Positions 29,601 through 39,286 of a DNA stretch of 64,000 bases are shown piece after piece. Positions within the stretch are counted from its first letter, which is position 1; each line of letters starts with the position of its first letter. The stretch covers positions 17,907 through 81,906 of the forward strand of contig JBGAND010000020.1 of assembly GCA_044222485.1 (NCBI GenBank), read 5' to 3'. Made by a program: the position numbers and the translations under genes. The notes under the pieces are model-generated. The model was not told the DNA's origin, ran no database searches, and saw only the letters and a list, made by a program, of their open reading frames with translations. Source of the stretch: Phycisphaerales bacterium. Lineage in GTDB: Bacteria > Planctomycetota > Phycisphaerae > Phycisphaerales > UBA1924.

Positions 29601-30513
29601 CAACATCAACGAACCCACGCAGATGCTCCACCAGCCGGTGGCCTGCGTTCACTGCGAAAACGCCCCGTGCGAAACGGTGTGCCCGGTGAACGCAACCGTC
29701 CACGGCCCCGAGGGTGTCAACTACATGACGTACAACCGCTGCATCGGCACGCGGTATTGTGCGAACAACTGCCCCTACAAGGTCCGCCGGTTCAACTTCT
29801 TCGACTACGGCGTCACCAAGTTCAACGGTGACTACATCGGTAAGGACACGGTCGAGTCCGTGGCGCCCGACCGCGGCGGCGTCACCGGCTCCGGTCAGCA
29901 CAACAAGGTCAACGTCAACCTCATCCCGCCGCGGCTCCGCCAGAAGCTCGATGAGATCACGCGGATGCAGAAGAACCCCGACGTCACGGTCCGCTCCCGC
30001 GGCGTGATGGAGAAGTGCTCGTACTGCATCCAGCGCATCAACGAAGCCCGGATCGAGATGAAGGTCCAGGACCTGGGCACCGACACGATTCCCGAAGGCT
30101 TCCTGCAGAGCGCCTGCCAGCAGGCCTGCCCGTCCAACGCGATCGTATTCGGCGACATCCTCGACAAGACCAGTAACGGCGGCAAGGGCAGCGCGGCCTA
30201 CCAGATGCGAGAGCATCAGCGGTCCTACCTGCTCCTGGGCTACCTCAACACCCGCCCGCGCACTACTCACATGGTCCGCGTCGCCAATCCCAACCCCAAG
30301 CTCCGCACACCCGTCGAAAACCCCTTCGAGCATCACAGCGAAGGCGGGCACGAAGAGCACAAGGAAGGTGGCGGTGCGGAGAAGAAGCCGGGCGGTCACG
30401 CTATGTTGGAGGATGGGGAAGTCTCACGGTCGACCTTCCTGCGTGACGGTGCCAAACGAATCGCGGACAAGGGATATGCACTGAGCCTCCGGGTACTCGG
30501 GGGGATGGCCTAA
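26671..30513 (+). CDS. actB: alternative complex III subunit ActB (molybdopterin-oxidoreductase-like domain fused to a 4Fe-4S ferredoxin domain), 1280 aa
   Basis: Tat signal TRRSFLKIMGASVALAGAATLPGC. Fe-S cluster motifs CTGCGACTTACQSENN, CVHCENAPCETVCP, CIGTRYCANNCPYKVRRF and CSYCIQRI. Confidence 0.92.
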   Translation: MSDQCPSSKKEGKAGKAELAASSRELGRLAGSAESARVWRSLEEVADTTDFRDWIEKEFPAGASELNDSTTRRSFLKIMGASVALAGAATLPGCRRPDHKILTYSAKVPEDTIPGKPTYYATSMPLPGGGAEGLLVETHEGRPTKVEGNPLHPNNRGKSTVWSQASVLNMYDPDRLKYPVFRGAGDTRVASWDDFKNWAKENFARFDSVRGKGMAFIVEKKTSIARDAMRDRIKTRFPQAMWVPYEAVDSDSKVAGASAAFGQPMRELLTFSAAGKVAAKVIVSLDRDFLEQSDPGCLTNSREFANTRRALTVKDEMSRLYVVETGFSITGGAADHRLRLAPTRIAAFAVMLAKAVLAKVQGPDAAILAGAIKDFAAPTGEDIPTKFVDAVADDLLTESDGHGGGRTRAGETLILAGDSQPAAVHALCHALNAVLGNVGKTVKYYPMRADEAASSTAGLASVCKAMDAAIAAHEPSIVICIGVNPVYDAPAELDFAAKYKKIDKTVCLSVGDSETAAASTWSLNGAHYLESWGDTESYDGTISPIQPMIAPLYDPAKSDIELLAIIADPEAAIVKSDPAATPVAATPNAPAPPKMQRVDDGHVIVQAAWRAMLGGSVNQAAFDKKWKRALHDGVLENSAKPAATPKCNYGAVAAEVSKLTLSGPPTEASLDVLFSIGRLHDGRYTNNAWLQELPATGTRVVWDNPALMSPKTAEKLGLAPERFSSKEGGAEKIYTQKYPEAQVASVKLNGRTVEVAVWIMPGMADNTVILPLGYGRQNCGRVGDGVGHNVYPLRETASRQFARGATITKLPKSYPITSTQNHWSLEGRTALLRQVDLVAWQTHGDKPNHKEKDRLYGTAKELNFAEQVGGRYGDLKEGPPTLNIYPHPYNLGEPKPGEKSLGGRGMTPEPGSAYSKGPQWGMSIDLSTCTGCGACTTACQSENNIAVIGKKEVAKGREMSWIRVDRYFVSDSSGELGNINEPTQMLHQPVACVHCENAPCETVCPVNATVHGPEGVNYMTYNRCIGTRYCANNCPYKVRRFNFFDYGVTKFNGDYIGKDTVESVAPDRGGVTGSGQHNKVNVNLIPPRLRQKLDEITRMQKNPDVTVRSRGVMEKCSYCIQRINEARIEMKVQDLGTDTIPEGFLQSACQQACPSNAIVFGDILDKTSNGGKGSAAYQMREHQRSYLLLGYLNTRPRTTHMVRVANPNPKLRTPVENPFEHHSEGGHEEHKEGGGAEKKPGGHAMLEDGEVSRSTFLRDGAKRIADKGYALSLRVLGGMA

Positions 30514-30516
30514 CAC

Positions 30517-32067
30517 ATGACCAGCATCAATCCAGACAAGACGACAGCGGAGCGGCTCGCAGGCCTGGCGACAGCGCCCGGCATGACCCTCCCCGCCCCG
30601 GGCACCGGCGACGGCTCGCTCGTGGATGATCCGGCGAATCGGGCGCCCCTGGTGCTCAGTAACCGGACGTTCACCGAGGTCACCGACATCATCTGCGGTT
30701 ACGCCGAGAACAAGCCCGGGCGCTGGTGGCTGCCGGTCTTCGGCATGGTCAACGGCTTGGCCGCCCTGGGCACCGGCCTCATCCTCTACCTGATCATCAC
30801 CGGCGTAGGCACCTGGGGCCTCAACAACCAGGTCGACTGGGCCTGGGACATCACCAACTTCGTGTTCTGGATCGGTATCGGCCACGCAGGAACGCTGATC
30901 TCCGCGATCTTGTGCCTCTTCAAGCAGAAGTGGCGTACGGCCGTGAACCGCTCCGCCGAGGCGATGACGATCTTCGCGGTTATCTGTGCCGCGATGTTCC
31001 CCGGCATCCACGTCGGCCGCGTGTGGATGGCCTGGATGCTCTTCCCCATCCCCAACGCCAACAAGATCTGGCCCAACTTCCGCTCCCCGCTCCTCTGGGA
31101 CGTCTTCGCGGTGAGCACGTACGGAACCGTCTCCCTCCTCTTCTGGTACATGGGCATGATCCCCGACTTCGCGACCCTCCGCGACCGGGCCGATCAGCGC
31201 CTCCGCAAGGGCGGCACCGTCCAGACACTCCCCTTTGTCGGCATCCGTGTCGACATGCTCCGCGCCCGCATCTACGGCTTCCTCGCCCTGGGCTGGCGCT
31301 TCAGCAGCCGCCACTGGCACCGCTATGAGAAGGCCTACATGCTCCTCGCCGGTATCTCAACACCGCTGGTGCTCTCGGTGCACTCGATCGTGTCTTTCGA
31401 CTTCGCCACATCGGTCCTGCCCGGCTGGCACACGACCATCTTCCCGCCCTACTTCGTGGCCGGCGCCATCTTCGGCGGCTTTGCGATGGTGCTCTTGCTG
31501 CTGATCCCGGCACGCGAGCTCTATCCCAACATGAAGGACTTCATCACCCTTCGCCACCTGGAAAACATGGCCAAGATCATCCTGCTCACGGGCATGATGG
31601 TCGGCTTTGCCTACTCGATGGAGTTCTTCATCGCCTTCTACGGCGGCAACAAGAACGAACTCTTCGCGTTCAAGAACCGCGCGGGCGGCCCCTACTGGTG
31701 GGCCTACTGGACCATGATCAGTTGCAACGTCATCAGCCCCCAGGTCTTCTGGAGCAAGTTCTGCCGCCAGAGCCCGGTGGTCATCTTCATCGTCAGCTTC
31801 CTGGTCACCATCGGCATGTGGTTCGAGCGATTCGTGATCATCGTGACCAGCCTCCACCGCGCCTTCATTCCCGGCGAGTGGGGCATGTTCTGGCCCACCC
31901 CCGTCGACATTGGCATCTTCATCGGGTCCATCGGGATCTTCCTCACCCTGTTCATGCTCTTCCTGCGGTTCCTCCCCGTTTTCGCGATGGCCGAACTCAA
32001 GGCCGTCATGCCGCAGGCTGATCCGCACGCCCATGATGAACACGATCACGCAAAGGGAGGGCACTAA
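30517..32067 (+). CDS. actC: alternative complex III subunit ActC (NrfD/PsrC-like quinol-interacting membrane subunit)
   Basis: Polytopic membrane protein, 516 aa, immediately after actB, with NrfD-like segments ([23 protein letters not shown]). Confidence 0.88.
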   Translation: MTSINPDKTTAERLAGLATAPGMTLPAPGTGDGSLVDDPANRAPLVLSNRTFTEVTDIICGYAENKPGRWWLPVFGMVNGLAALGTGLILYLIITGVGTWGLNNQVDWAWDITNFVFWIGIGHAGTLISAILCLFKQKWRTAVNRSAEAMTIFAVICAAMFPGIHVGRVWMAWMLFPIPNANKIWPNFRSPLLWDVFAVSTYGTVSLLFWYMGMIPDFATLRDRADQRLRKGGTVQTLPFVGIRVDMLRARIYGFLALGWRFSSRHWHRYEKAYMLLAGISTPLVLSVHSIVSFDFATSVLPGWHTTIFPPYFVAGAIFGGFAMVLLLLIPARELYPNMKDFITLRHLENMAKIILLTGMMVGFAYSMEFFIAFYGGNKNELFAFKNRAGGPYWWAYWTMISCNVISPQVFWSKFCRQSPVVIFIVSFLVTIGMWFERFVIIVTSLHRAFIPGEWGMFWPTPVDIGIFIGSIGIFLTLFMLFLRFLPVFAMAELKAVMPQADPHAHDEHDHAKGGH

Positions 32068-32658
32068 ATGTCAGCCTTTGATTACTTCCCGTTCCTGAAG
32101 CGCCCGCCCGCGAAGTTTGTCACCGAGAGTGGCGCTGAGGTCTACGGCGTCATGGCCGAGTTCCACACGCCGTCCGCTGTCTACAAGGCCGCGGAAAAGG
32201 TCCGCGATGCGGGCTTCAGCAAGTGGGATGTTTACACCCCGTTCCCCATCCACGGCATCGAAGAGGCCATGGGTGTCAAACGCACCATCCTGCCCGTGCT
32301 CGTCGCCTGCGGCGCGTTCACCGGCACCTTCTGTGCCTTCCTCATGCAGTGGTGGATGTCCGACAACTACCAGCTCCCCGTGCAGGGCAAGCCCGCCAAC
32401 GCGTGGGAGCCCTACATGCCCATCGGCTTTGAACTCTCAGTCCTCTTCGCTGCGTTCACGTGCCTCTTGGGCATGTTCGCCCTGAACGGCCTGCCCCGCT
32501 GGCACCACCCCCTCTTCGCTAAAGACCGCTTCCTCCGCATCAGCCAGGACCGCTTCGCCATCGCGATCGAATCCTGCGACCCCAAGTTCGATCCGCAGGG
32601 TGTCCGCAAGCTGCTCGAAGGCGCCGGCGCCAAGGCCGTGGAGCTCGTTGAAGAATAA
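32068..32658 (+). CDS. actD: alternative complex III subunit ActD (DUF3341)
   Basis: VYGVMAEFHTPSAVYKAAEKVRDAGFSKWDVYTPFPIHGIEEAMG followed by two TM segments. The ATG directly abuts the actC stop. Confidence 0.85.
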   Translation: MSAFDYFPFLKRPPAKFVTESGAEVYGVMAEFHTPSAVYKAAEKVRDAGFSKWDVYTPFPIHGIEEAMGVKRTILPVLVACGAFTGTFCAFLMQWWMSDNYQLPVQGKPANAWEPYMPIGFELSVLFAAFTCLLGMFALNGLPRWHHPLFAKDRFLRISQDRFAIAIESCDPKFDPQGVRKLLEGAGAKAVELVEE

Positions 32659-32665
32659 CCCTCCC

Positions 32666-33520
32666 ATGAAGACACACAGCACAACCCGATTCGCGGCGAG
32701 CGCAGGCCTCTTGGCCGCCGCGCTCCTGGGCGCCAACGGTTGCCACGGCGACCGCGAAGACAAGCCCCCGCACCAGTTCCTGCCCGACATGGATGACTCC
32801 CCCAAGTGGAAGCCGCAGGTGCAGACCGAGTTCTACACCGACAAGCGCTCCATGCGCCAGCCGGTCCAGGGCACCATCGCCTACGGCCACTGGGACTTCG
32901 ATGCCGAAGCCCACGCCAAGTCCGATTGGGCCGCGCCCTTCATCGCCGAACGGGCCGACATGCTCAAGGGTGATGAAGCCTTCTACCGCGGCGTCGATGA
33001 GTCCGGTCGCTACGTCAAGAAGATCCCCACCACGGTGGATGCCAAGCTCATCGCCCGCGGCCAGGAACGCTTCGGAATCTATTGCTCCGTCTGCCACGGC
33101 TTGGCCGGCGATGGCGCGGGCATGGTCGCCGCCAAGTGGAGCGTCGCGGTCCCTAGCTTCCACGATCCCAAGTACAGCAACCCCACCGAGCCCGACCAGA
33201 AGGGCTCCGACGGCTTCCTGTTCTACACGGCGATGCACGGCGTCCCGGGCGCAGAAGGCAACATCCTTCCCACCGATGACGATGCGATCGTGATGCGAAA
33301 GACCGCCGCCCTCAAGATGCCCGGCTACGCACACGCCCTCTCCGAGCGTGACGCCTGGGCCATCGTCGCCTACGTCCGCGTTCTCCAGGAGTCGCAGCGC
33401 GGCACGCTCAACGATGTCCCCGCGGATGTCCGCTCCAAGCTGGAAGACTACAAGGCCAAGCTGCCACCGCCGCCCGCGCCAACGCCGCCGGCCGCGCCCG
33501 CACCGAAAGGAAAGTCATGA
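32666..33520 (+). CDS. actE: alternative complex III subunit ActE, monohaem cytochrome c lipoprotein
   Basis: ATG 32666 gives MKTHSTTRFAASAGLLAAALLGANGC (a lipobox). There is a single CSVCH motif and MPGYAHALSERDAWAIVAYVRVLQ. Confidence 0.85.
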   Translation: MKTHSTTRFAASAGLLAAALLGANGCHGDREDKPPHQFLPDMDDSPKWKPQVQTEFYTDKRSMRQPVQGTIAYGHWDFDAEAHAKSDWAAPFIAERADMLKGDEAFYRGVDESGRYVKKIPTTVDAKLIARGQERFGIYCSVCHGLAGDGAGMVAAKWSVAVPSFHDPKYSNPTEPDQKGSDGFLFYTAMHGVPGAEGNILPTDDDAIVMRKTAALKMPGYAHALSERDAWAIVAYVRVLQESQRGTLNDVPADVRSKLEDYKAKLPPPPAPTPPAAPAPKGKS

Positions 33521-34842
33521 GCCAACTCACGGCACACGCGGGTGGGCATGGGCACGGTCACGATGGCCACGCCGATCTCTCCCCGGCCAACATCACGCTG
33601 AACCGCAGCAAGGGCACCGCCCTGTCCATGTTCTTCTTCGTGGTCGGCTTGGTCGGCCTGGGTCTCACAATCTTCACCGGTGTCACCAACCACGCACTGC
33701 TCAAGCAGTCCCTGGGCGCGTACCACATGGGCGCGATGACCGCCCTGGCGATGAGCCTGGGCGCCATGTTCTTCGTCATGGCCTTCCACCTCACCGGTGC
33801 GGGCTGGAGCGTCACGGTCCGCCGCCAGTTTGAAAACGTCATGAGCCTGGTATGGCTCCCCGCGGGCTTCGCGGTGCTCACCTACGTCATCGAGGTCTTC
33901 ACCGGCGGCAACCTCTACGCCTGGCTGAACAAGGCCAACGCCGACGATGAGCTGCTCAAGGCCAAGAGCGCGTACCTGAACCCCATGTTCTTCGGCATCC
34001 GCGCCGCGGTCTACTTCATGGTCTGGACGTACCTCGCCTGGCGCATGTGGGGCTATTCCACCGAGCAGGACAAAACCGGCGACAAGTGGCTCACCAACCG
34101 CGCCCGCTTCACCTCAAGCTGGGGCATGCCGCTGTTTGCCCTCTGCACCGCCTTCGCCGCCTTCGACTGGCTCAAGTCGATGGACTATCGCTTCTTCTCC
34201 ACCATGTGGGGCGTGTACTACTTCGCCGGCTCCCTCTTCTGCTCAGTCCCGGTCGTCGTGATCATCCTCACGTTCGTCAAGGGCCAAGGCCGCTTGAAGG
34301 GCCTGGTCACCGAAGAGCACTACCACGATCTTGGCAAGCTCATGTTCGGCTTCACGGTCTTCTGGGCCTACATCGGTTTCAGCCAGTACTTCCTGATCTG
34401 GTACGCCAACATCCCCGAAGAGACTTCCTACATCCTGGCCCGCAAGCACGCCGGCTGGCAAGACTGGACCAAGCTCCTGATGTTCGGCCACTTCGTCGGG
34501 CCGTTCCTCATCCTGCTCTGGTACAAGATGCGTCGCACTCCGATCCTGCTCTCCATCATGGCCGTCTGGGCCATCCTGATGCAGATCACCGACATGGTGT
34601 GGATCGTCCGCCCCATGATCTACGCCAACGAAATCGGCGACTACCTCCGCCAGCTCGATGCCGGCGGCACCATCACCGCCGACCCCATCAAGCTCAAGTA
34701 CGTGTGGCTGGATGTCGCCGGAATCGTCGGCGTCCTGGGAATCTACTTCGGCCTGCTCACGCGAAAGGTCTATGGCGGCCAGCTCATCCCCACTCGTGAC
34801 CCCCGCCTGGCCGAAGCTCTGCATCACAAGAACTATGTCTGA
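33517..34842 (+). CDS. actF: alternative complex III subunit ActF (second NrfD-like membrane subunit)
   Basis: Polytopic, 441 aa. ATGA overlap with actE at 33517-33520. Canonical position after actE. Confidence 0.85.
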   Translation: MSQLTAHAGGHGHGHDGHADLSPANITLNRSKGTALSMFFFVVGLVGLGLTIFTGVTNHALLKQSLGAYHMGAMTALAMSLGAMFFVMAFHLTGAGWSVTVRRQFENVMSLVWLPAGFAVLTYVIEVFTGGNLYAWLNKANADDELLKAKSAYLNPMFFGIRAAVYFMVWTYLAWRMWGYSTEQDKTGDKWLTNRARFTSSWGMPLFALCTAFAAFDWLKSMDYRFFSTMWGVYYFAGSLFCSVPVVVIILTFVKGQGRLKGLVTEEHYHDLGKLMFGFTVFWAYIGFSQYFLIWYANIPEETSYILARKHAGWQDWTKLLMFGHFVGPFLILLWYKMRRTPILLSIMAVWAILMQITDMVWIVRPMIYANEIGDYLRQLDAGGTITADPIKLKYVWLDVAGIVGVLGIYFGLLTRKVYGGQLIPTRDPRLAEALHHKNYV

Positions 34843-34880
34843 TTTTGGGTCTGATTCTGATCCGGTCCGGGAAACTCAGC

Positions 34881-35273
34881 ATGTCTCATAAACCGCACTA
34901 CACCCCGCATCCACACGAGCACGCCGACGACTGGCACCACCACTCCGCCGAGGAAGGTGTGCCACAGGCTGAGCACGGTGAGAAGCCCAACATCCCCATT
35001 CTCATGGGCGCGTTCCTCGCCAGCGTCGCCTTCGTTGGCGCCACCATCCTCGCCACCTATCTCTACTTCGGTGTTTACACCCAGACCCTCCGCGCTGAGC
35101 GCATGGAAAACACCGCCCTTGCCAAAGACTTCCTCCAGTACCGCGACCACACCAACTCCAAGCTCGCGGCCGCCAACGAGTGGCTCAACGATGATGCGGC
35201 CCGCGCCGGCCAAGCCCCCATCCCGCTCGACAAAGCCAAAGAGAAAGTAATCGCTAAGTACTCCGCCAAGTGA
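34881..35273 (+). CDS. small His-rich single-pass membrane protein in the actG position
   Basis: ATG 34881 gives MSHKPHYTPHPHEHADDWHHHSAEEG, then TM segment ILMGAFLASVAFVGATILATYLYFGVY. I recognise no family. Confidence 0.6.
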   Translation: MSHKPHYTPHPHEHADDWHHHSAEEGVPQAEHGEKPNIPILMGAFLASVAFVGATILATYLYFGVYTQTLRAERMENTALAKDFLQYRDHTNSKLAAANEWLNDDAARAGQAPIPLDKAKEKVIAKYSAK

Positions 35274-35288
35274 TCAAGTAAGGACCTC

Positions 35289-36203
35289 ATGCGTCGATGG
35301 GCAGGAAAACTCGGGCAGACACTCGCGACCCTTGTGGGGGCCGCGGCGATGTCGCTCGCTTCCTCCGCATCCGCCCAGCTCATCATGAAGGATGTCCCGC
35401 CCGAGGCCCAGGGTGTTGACCTGGTCAGCAAGCTCGGCGAGAAGGTCCCCATGGACCTTGAGTTCGTCAACGCCGACGGCAAAACCGTCCAACTCGGCGA
35501 CTACTTCAAGGCCGGCAAGCCCGTCATCCTCTGCCTGGCCTATTACCGCTGCCCCATGACCTGTCCCCTGGTGCTCGAGCGCCTCCAACAGGGCATGAAC
35601 GGCCTGCCCTACATCGTCGGTGAAGACTACAAGACCCTGGTCATCAGCTTTGATCCCACCGAAGGAACCAAGGCCGCGGCCGATGCAAAGGTCGCCTACC
35701 TCGGCGGGTACACCAAGCCCGTCACCCCCGTCGTCAAGTCCGGCTGGGAGTTTCACTCCTCTGCAACTGCCGCAACCCGCACCCTCGCCACCGCCGTGGG
35801 CTTCAACTACAAGCTCATCCCCGAGACCGGCCAGTACTCGCATCCCGTCACCCTCGTCGTTCTTACGCCCGAGGGCAAGGTCGCGCGATACGTCTCAGGC
35901 CTGGACTACACACCCGAAGACTTGCGGATGGCCCTGCTTGAGGCCTCCCAAGGCAAGATCGCCGCGTCCATCGGGGATTGGGCCAAGTTCACCTGCTTCG
36001 TCTACGACGACAAACACGGGCGCTACACACTGAGCGCTGTTCGCGTCATGCGGATCGGCGGCCTGCTGACGCTCACGGGCGTCGCGACCCTGATCGCCGG
36101 TCTCCGTGCCGGTGAGCGCCTGCGGGCCATGCGTCGGGAAAAGTCACAAGTTCACGGGGGCAATCCGGCCCCGATCGCTGCGAAGCTGGGGCACGCCAGA
36201 TGA
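35289..36203 (+). CDS. SCO1/SenC family copper chaperone with C-terminal TM segment
   Basis: Signal peptide, thioredoxin-like core with CPMTCP (a CxxxC copper site), and a downstream conserved His (QYSHPVTLVVLTPEG). Confidence 0.85.
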   Translation: MRRWAGKLGQTLATLVGAAAMSLASSASAQLIMKDVPPEAQGVDLVSKLGEKVPMDLEFVNADGKTVQLGDYFKAGKPVILCLAYYRCPMTCPLVLERLQQGMNGLPYIVGEDYKTLVISFDPTEGTKAAADAKVAYLGGYTKPVTPVVKSGWEFHSSATAATRTLATAVGFNYKLIPETGQYSHPVTLVVLTPEGKVARYVSGLDYTPEDLRMALLEASQGKIAASIGDWAKFTCFVYDDKHGRYTLSAVRVMRIGGLLTLTGVATLIAGLRAGERLRAMRREKSQVHGGNPAPIAAKLGHAR

Positions 36204-37396
36204 GTGAGTATCCAACCATGATGTCCTTCGTCACGCTCGCCGGAGCGTTCAAAGACTGGTTCCTGAAGTTCAACTTCCGCAAGCCGGGAGTCTCGACCTT
36301 CTCCGCCGCCAGCGATGACATGTTCTACTTCATCTACCTGCTCAGCGCGATCTTCTTCGTGCTGCTTATGGCGATGATGGTCGTCTTCACCTTCAAGTAC
36401 CGCAAACGCGCCGGCGTCATCCCGCAGCGCAGCGCCGGCCACAACACGATGCTCGAGCTCTCCTGGTCGGTCATCCCCACCATCCTCCTCACCTGGATGT
36501 TCTTCAAGGGCTTCTGGGGCTTTGCCGACGCGGTCATCGCCCCGTCCAATGCCCCCGAGCTGCTCCTCACCGCCAAGAAGTGGCAGTGGACCGTCACCTA
36601 TCCCAACGGCGCTGCCAGTGATGAGGTCACCCGTACCCGCGACCTGGACAAGCCCGAGAACGAGAACTCCGTCGCCGAATCGCCCATCTTCTACGTCCCC
36701 GAAGGTGAGCCCGTGAAGTTCCGCATGACCAGCGAAGATGTGATCCACAGCTTCTGGGTCCCCGACATGCGGGCCAAGTTCGACGTCTTCCCCAATCGCT
36801 ACACCAACGTCTGGTTCGAGCCTCAGGCCATCAAGCCCAACGCCCCGGTCCTCAAAGACAAGAAAACCGGCGCGGTCCTGACCACCTACGAAGACCACTG
36901 GGTCGCCTGCGCTGAATACTGCGGGTCCAACCACTCCGAAATGGCCGCGGTCATCCGCGTCGTCCCCAAGGCCTACTACGCCAAGTGGGTCGATGAGGCC
37001 GCCAAGCCCAAGGGTGAACTCTGGGAGCGCGGCAAGAAGTACTTCCGCATCAAGGGCTGCAACTCCTGCCACACCGTCGACGGCACCCGCGGCACAGGAC
37101 CCACCTGGAAGAACATGTACGGCCACGAGGTCGAGTTCACCGACGGGACCACACTCAGCGCTGAAAAGATGACCGGCGCCGAGTTTGCCAACTACATCCG
37201 CGAGTCGGTCTACACGCCCGCGGCCAAGATCGTTAAGGGCTTCCCTAACCAGATGCAGTCCTTCCAAGGCCGCCTCAGCGAGGAAGAACTCGCCTGCCTC
37301 ATCGCCTACATGAGCTGCAAGGAAGTTACCGACAAGCCCGCACCGCAAGTCGGCGAAGAACCCAAGCCCGAAGCACCGGCCCCCCAGAAGAAGTAA
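36200..37396 (+). CDS. coxB: cytochrome c oxidase subunit II with fused C-terminal cytochrome c domain (caa3 type)
   Basis: CuA site HSFWVPD...CAEYCGSNHSEM and C-terminal CNSCH. ATGA overlap with the SCO1 gene. Confidence 0.93.
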   Translation: MSEYPTMMSFVTLAGAFKDWFLKFNFRKPGVSTFSAASDDMFYFIYLLSAIFFVLLMAMMVVFTFKYRKRAGVIPQRSAGHNTMLELSWSVIPTILLTWMFFKGFWGFADAVIAPSNAPELLLTAKKWQWTVTYPNGAASDEVTRTRDLDKPENENSVAESPIFYVPEGEPVKFRMTSEDVIHSFWVPDMRAKFDVFPNRYTNVWFEPQAIKPNAPVLKDKKTGAVLTTYEDHWVACAEYCGSNHSEMAAVIRVVPKAYYAKWVDEAAKPKGELWERGKKYFRIKGCNSCHTVDGTRGTGPTWKNMYGHEVEFTDGTTLSAEKMTGAEFANYIRESVYTPAAKIVKGFPNQMQSFQGRLSEEELACLIAYMSCKEVTDKPAPQVGEEPKPEAPAPQKK

Positions 37397-37409
37397 CGGA
37401 GTTTGAGAA

Positions 37410-37429
37410 CTGAGGGCCCGAGCCCTCAG
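37410..37429 (+). promoter_or_regulatory. perfect 8-bp hairpin between coxB and coxA overlapping the coxA Shine-Dalgarno
   Basis: CTGAGGGC-CCGA-GCCCTCAG. The AGGAG at 37428-37432 shares its first 2 nt with the 3' arm and lies 6 nt before ATG 37439. Confidence 0.5.
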
Positions 37430-37438
37430 GAGTAAGCC

Positions 37439-39235
37439 ATGACCACGATTGATACAAGAGATGCAGGACACGCAGGACACGGCGGCGGTCACGGTGGCCA
37501 TGGTGGCCACGGCGACGAGAGCTACCTGACCCCCAAGGGCGGCTTCATCGCCACCGTCTGGTCCTGGGCCACGACCATCGATCACAAGAAGATCGGTGTC
37601 ATGTACCTGTTCGCCACCATGTTCATGTTCTTCCTGGGCGGCATGGCGGCCCTCGCCGTGCGCCTTGAACTGTGGGAGCCTGCCCGCCAGATCACCACCG
37701 GCGGCGTCACCAAGACCGTCGGCCAGATGTTCGGCGATGCCGCCAAGAGCGCTGCCGAAAACAACGACACCTACAACCGCATGTTCACCCTGCACGGGGC
37801 GATCATGGTCTTCATGTTCATCATCCCCGCTGTCCCCGCGGCCCTGGGTAACTTCCTTTTGCCCCTGATGATCGGGGCCAAGGATGTTGCCTTCCCCAAG
37901 CTCAACCTCCTCAGTTGGTACATCTACATCACCGGCTCGATTTTCGCCGTCAGCGCGATCATCCTCGGTGGTGTCGATACCGGCTGGACCTTCTACACCC
38001 CCTACTCAACCACCACCGACGCCAACCAGATGCGCGTCGTCCTGATGGTTCTGGGTGTGTTCATCCTGGGCTTCAGCTCGATTCTGACCGGCCTGAACTT
38101 CGTCGTCACCGTCCACAAGCTCCGTGCCCCGGGCATGGGCTGGTTCGATATGCCCCTGTTCGTCTGGGCCATCTACTCCAGCGCCGTCATCCAGGTCCTC
38201 GCGACCCCCGTATTGGCAATCACGCTGATCCTGCTCGCGTTCGAGCGTGCCTTCAACGTCGGTATCTTCGATCCGCGCATGGGTGGCGACCCGGTCCTCT
38301 TCCAGCACTTCTTCTGGTTCTACAGCCACCCAGCGGTGTACATCATGATTCTGCCGGGCATGGCCATCATCAATGAGACGATCGCGGTTCACTGCCGCAA
38401 GAGGATCTTCGGCTATCGCGCGGTGGCGTTCAGCTCCCTCTCGATCGCGGCCATCAGCTTCCTGGTCTGGGGCCACCACATGTTCACCAGCCAGGGTGAA
38501 CTCGCCTCGGTCATCTTCTCCGCACTCACCTTCCTGGTCGCCATCCCGACGGCCGTGAAGATGTTCAACTGGACGACCACCCTCTACAAGGGCACCATCA
38601 GCCTCACGACGCCGATGTTGTACTCGCTGGCGTTCCTCTTCCTCTTCACCATCGGCGGGCTGACCGGCCTGCCTTTGGCCACGCTCAGCACCGACATCCA
38701 CCTCACCGACTCCTACTTCGTCGTCGCCCACTTCCACTACGTCATGATGGGCGGAACCGTGATCGCGGTTCTCGGCGGCCTCCACCACTGGTGGCCCAAG
38801 ATGTTCGGCAAGATGTACTGGGAAACCGGCGGCCGCATCGGCGCTGTCCTGGTCTTCATCGGTTTCAACACGACCTTCTTCATCCAGTTCATTCTCGGCA
38901 CCCGCGGCATGCCGCGCCGGTATGCGTCCTACATCGATGAGTTCCAGTGGATGCACCAGATCAGCACCGTCGGCGCGTTCATCATCTTCGCCGGCATGCT
39001 GGTACACCTGTTCGTGTTCATCCACTCCTTGATCGCCGGAGCAAAGGCCCCCGCCAACCCCTGGGGTGGCCTCAGCCTCGAGTGGGAGGCCGCCAGCCCG
39101 CCCATCGAGCACAACTTCCACCACGAGCCCGTTGTCAAGTACGGACCCTACGACTACGACGACCACGTGCCCCCGCACTGCGACCCGCGCGACTTCCCCC
39201 TGCCCCCGCCCCTCCCGGGCGGCGCCAAGCACTGA
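37439..39235 (+). CDS. coxA: cytochrome c oxidase subunit I
   Basis: [40 protein letters not shown]; 598 aa, polytopic. Confidence 0.95.
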   Translation: MTTIDTRDAGHAGHGGGHGGHGGHGDESYLTPKGGFIATVWSWATTIDHKKIGVMYLFATMFMFFLGGMAALAVRLELWEPARQITTGGVTKTVGQMFGDAAKSAAENNDTYNRMFTLHGAIMVFMFIIPAVPAALGNFLLPLMIGAKDVAFPKLNLLSWYIYITGSIFAVSAIILGGVDTGWTFYTPYSTTTDANQMRVVLMVLGVFILGFSSILTGLNFVVTVHKLRAPGMGWFDMPLFVWAIYSSAVIQVLATPVLAITLILLAFERAFNVGIFDPRMGGDPVLFQHFFWFYSHPAVYIMILPGMAIINETIAVHCRKRIFGYRAVAFSSLSIAAISFLVWGHHMFTSQGELASVIFSALTFLVAIPTAVKMFNWTTTLYKGTISLTTPMLYSLAFLFLFTIGGLTGLPLATLSTDIHLTDSYFVVAHFHYVMMGGTVIAVLGGLHHWWPKMFGKMYWETGGRIGAVLVFIGFNTTFFIQFILGTRGMPRRYASYIDEFQWMHQISTVGAFIIFAGMLVHLFVFIHSLIAGAKAPANPWGGLSLEWEAASPPIEHNFHHEPVVKYGPYDYDDHVPPHCDPRDFPLPPPLPGGAKH

Positions 39236-39255
39236 TCCGATTCCCTTCTCTGTCC

Positions 39256-39276
39256 TCAGCACTCAGCACTCAGCAC
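39256..39276. repeat. (TCAGCAC)x3 perfect heptanucleotide tandem repeat in the coxA-coxC spacer
   Basis: Read directly: tcagcac tcagcac tcagcac. Confidence 0.9.
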
Positions 39277-39286
39277 TGGACGACCC

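Noticed and set aside
26890-30399. Minus-strand ORFs of 557 and 574 aa inside actB, and similar ones opposite coxB/coxA (36152..37795, 38006..39262).
   Set aside because: They are antisense shadows with Gly/Asp/Ala/Val/Arg-rich low-complexity composition. The plus-strand genes carry diagnostic Fe-S, CuA and haem-copper motifs.
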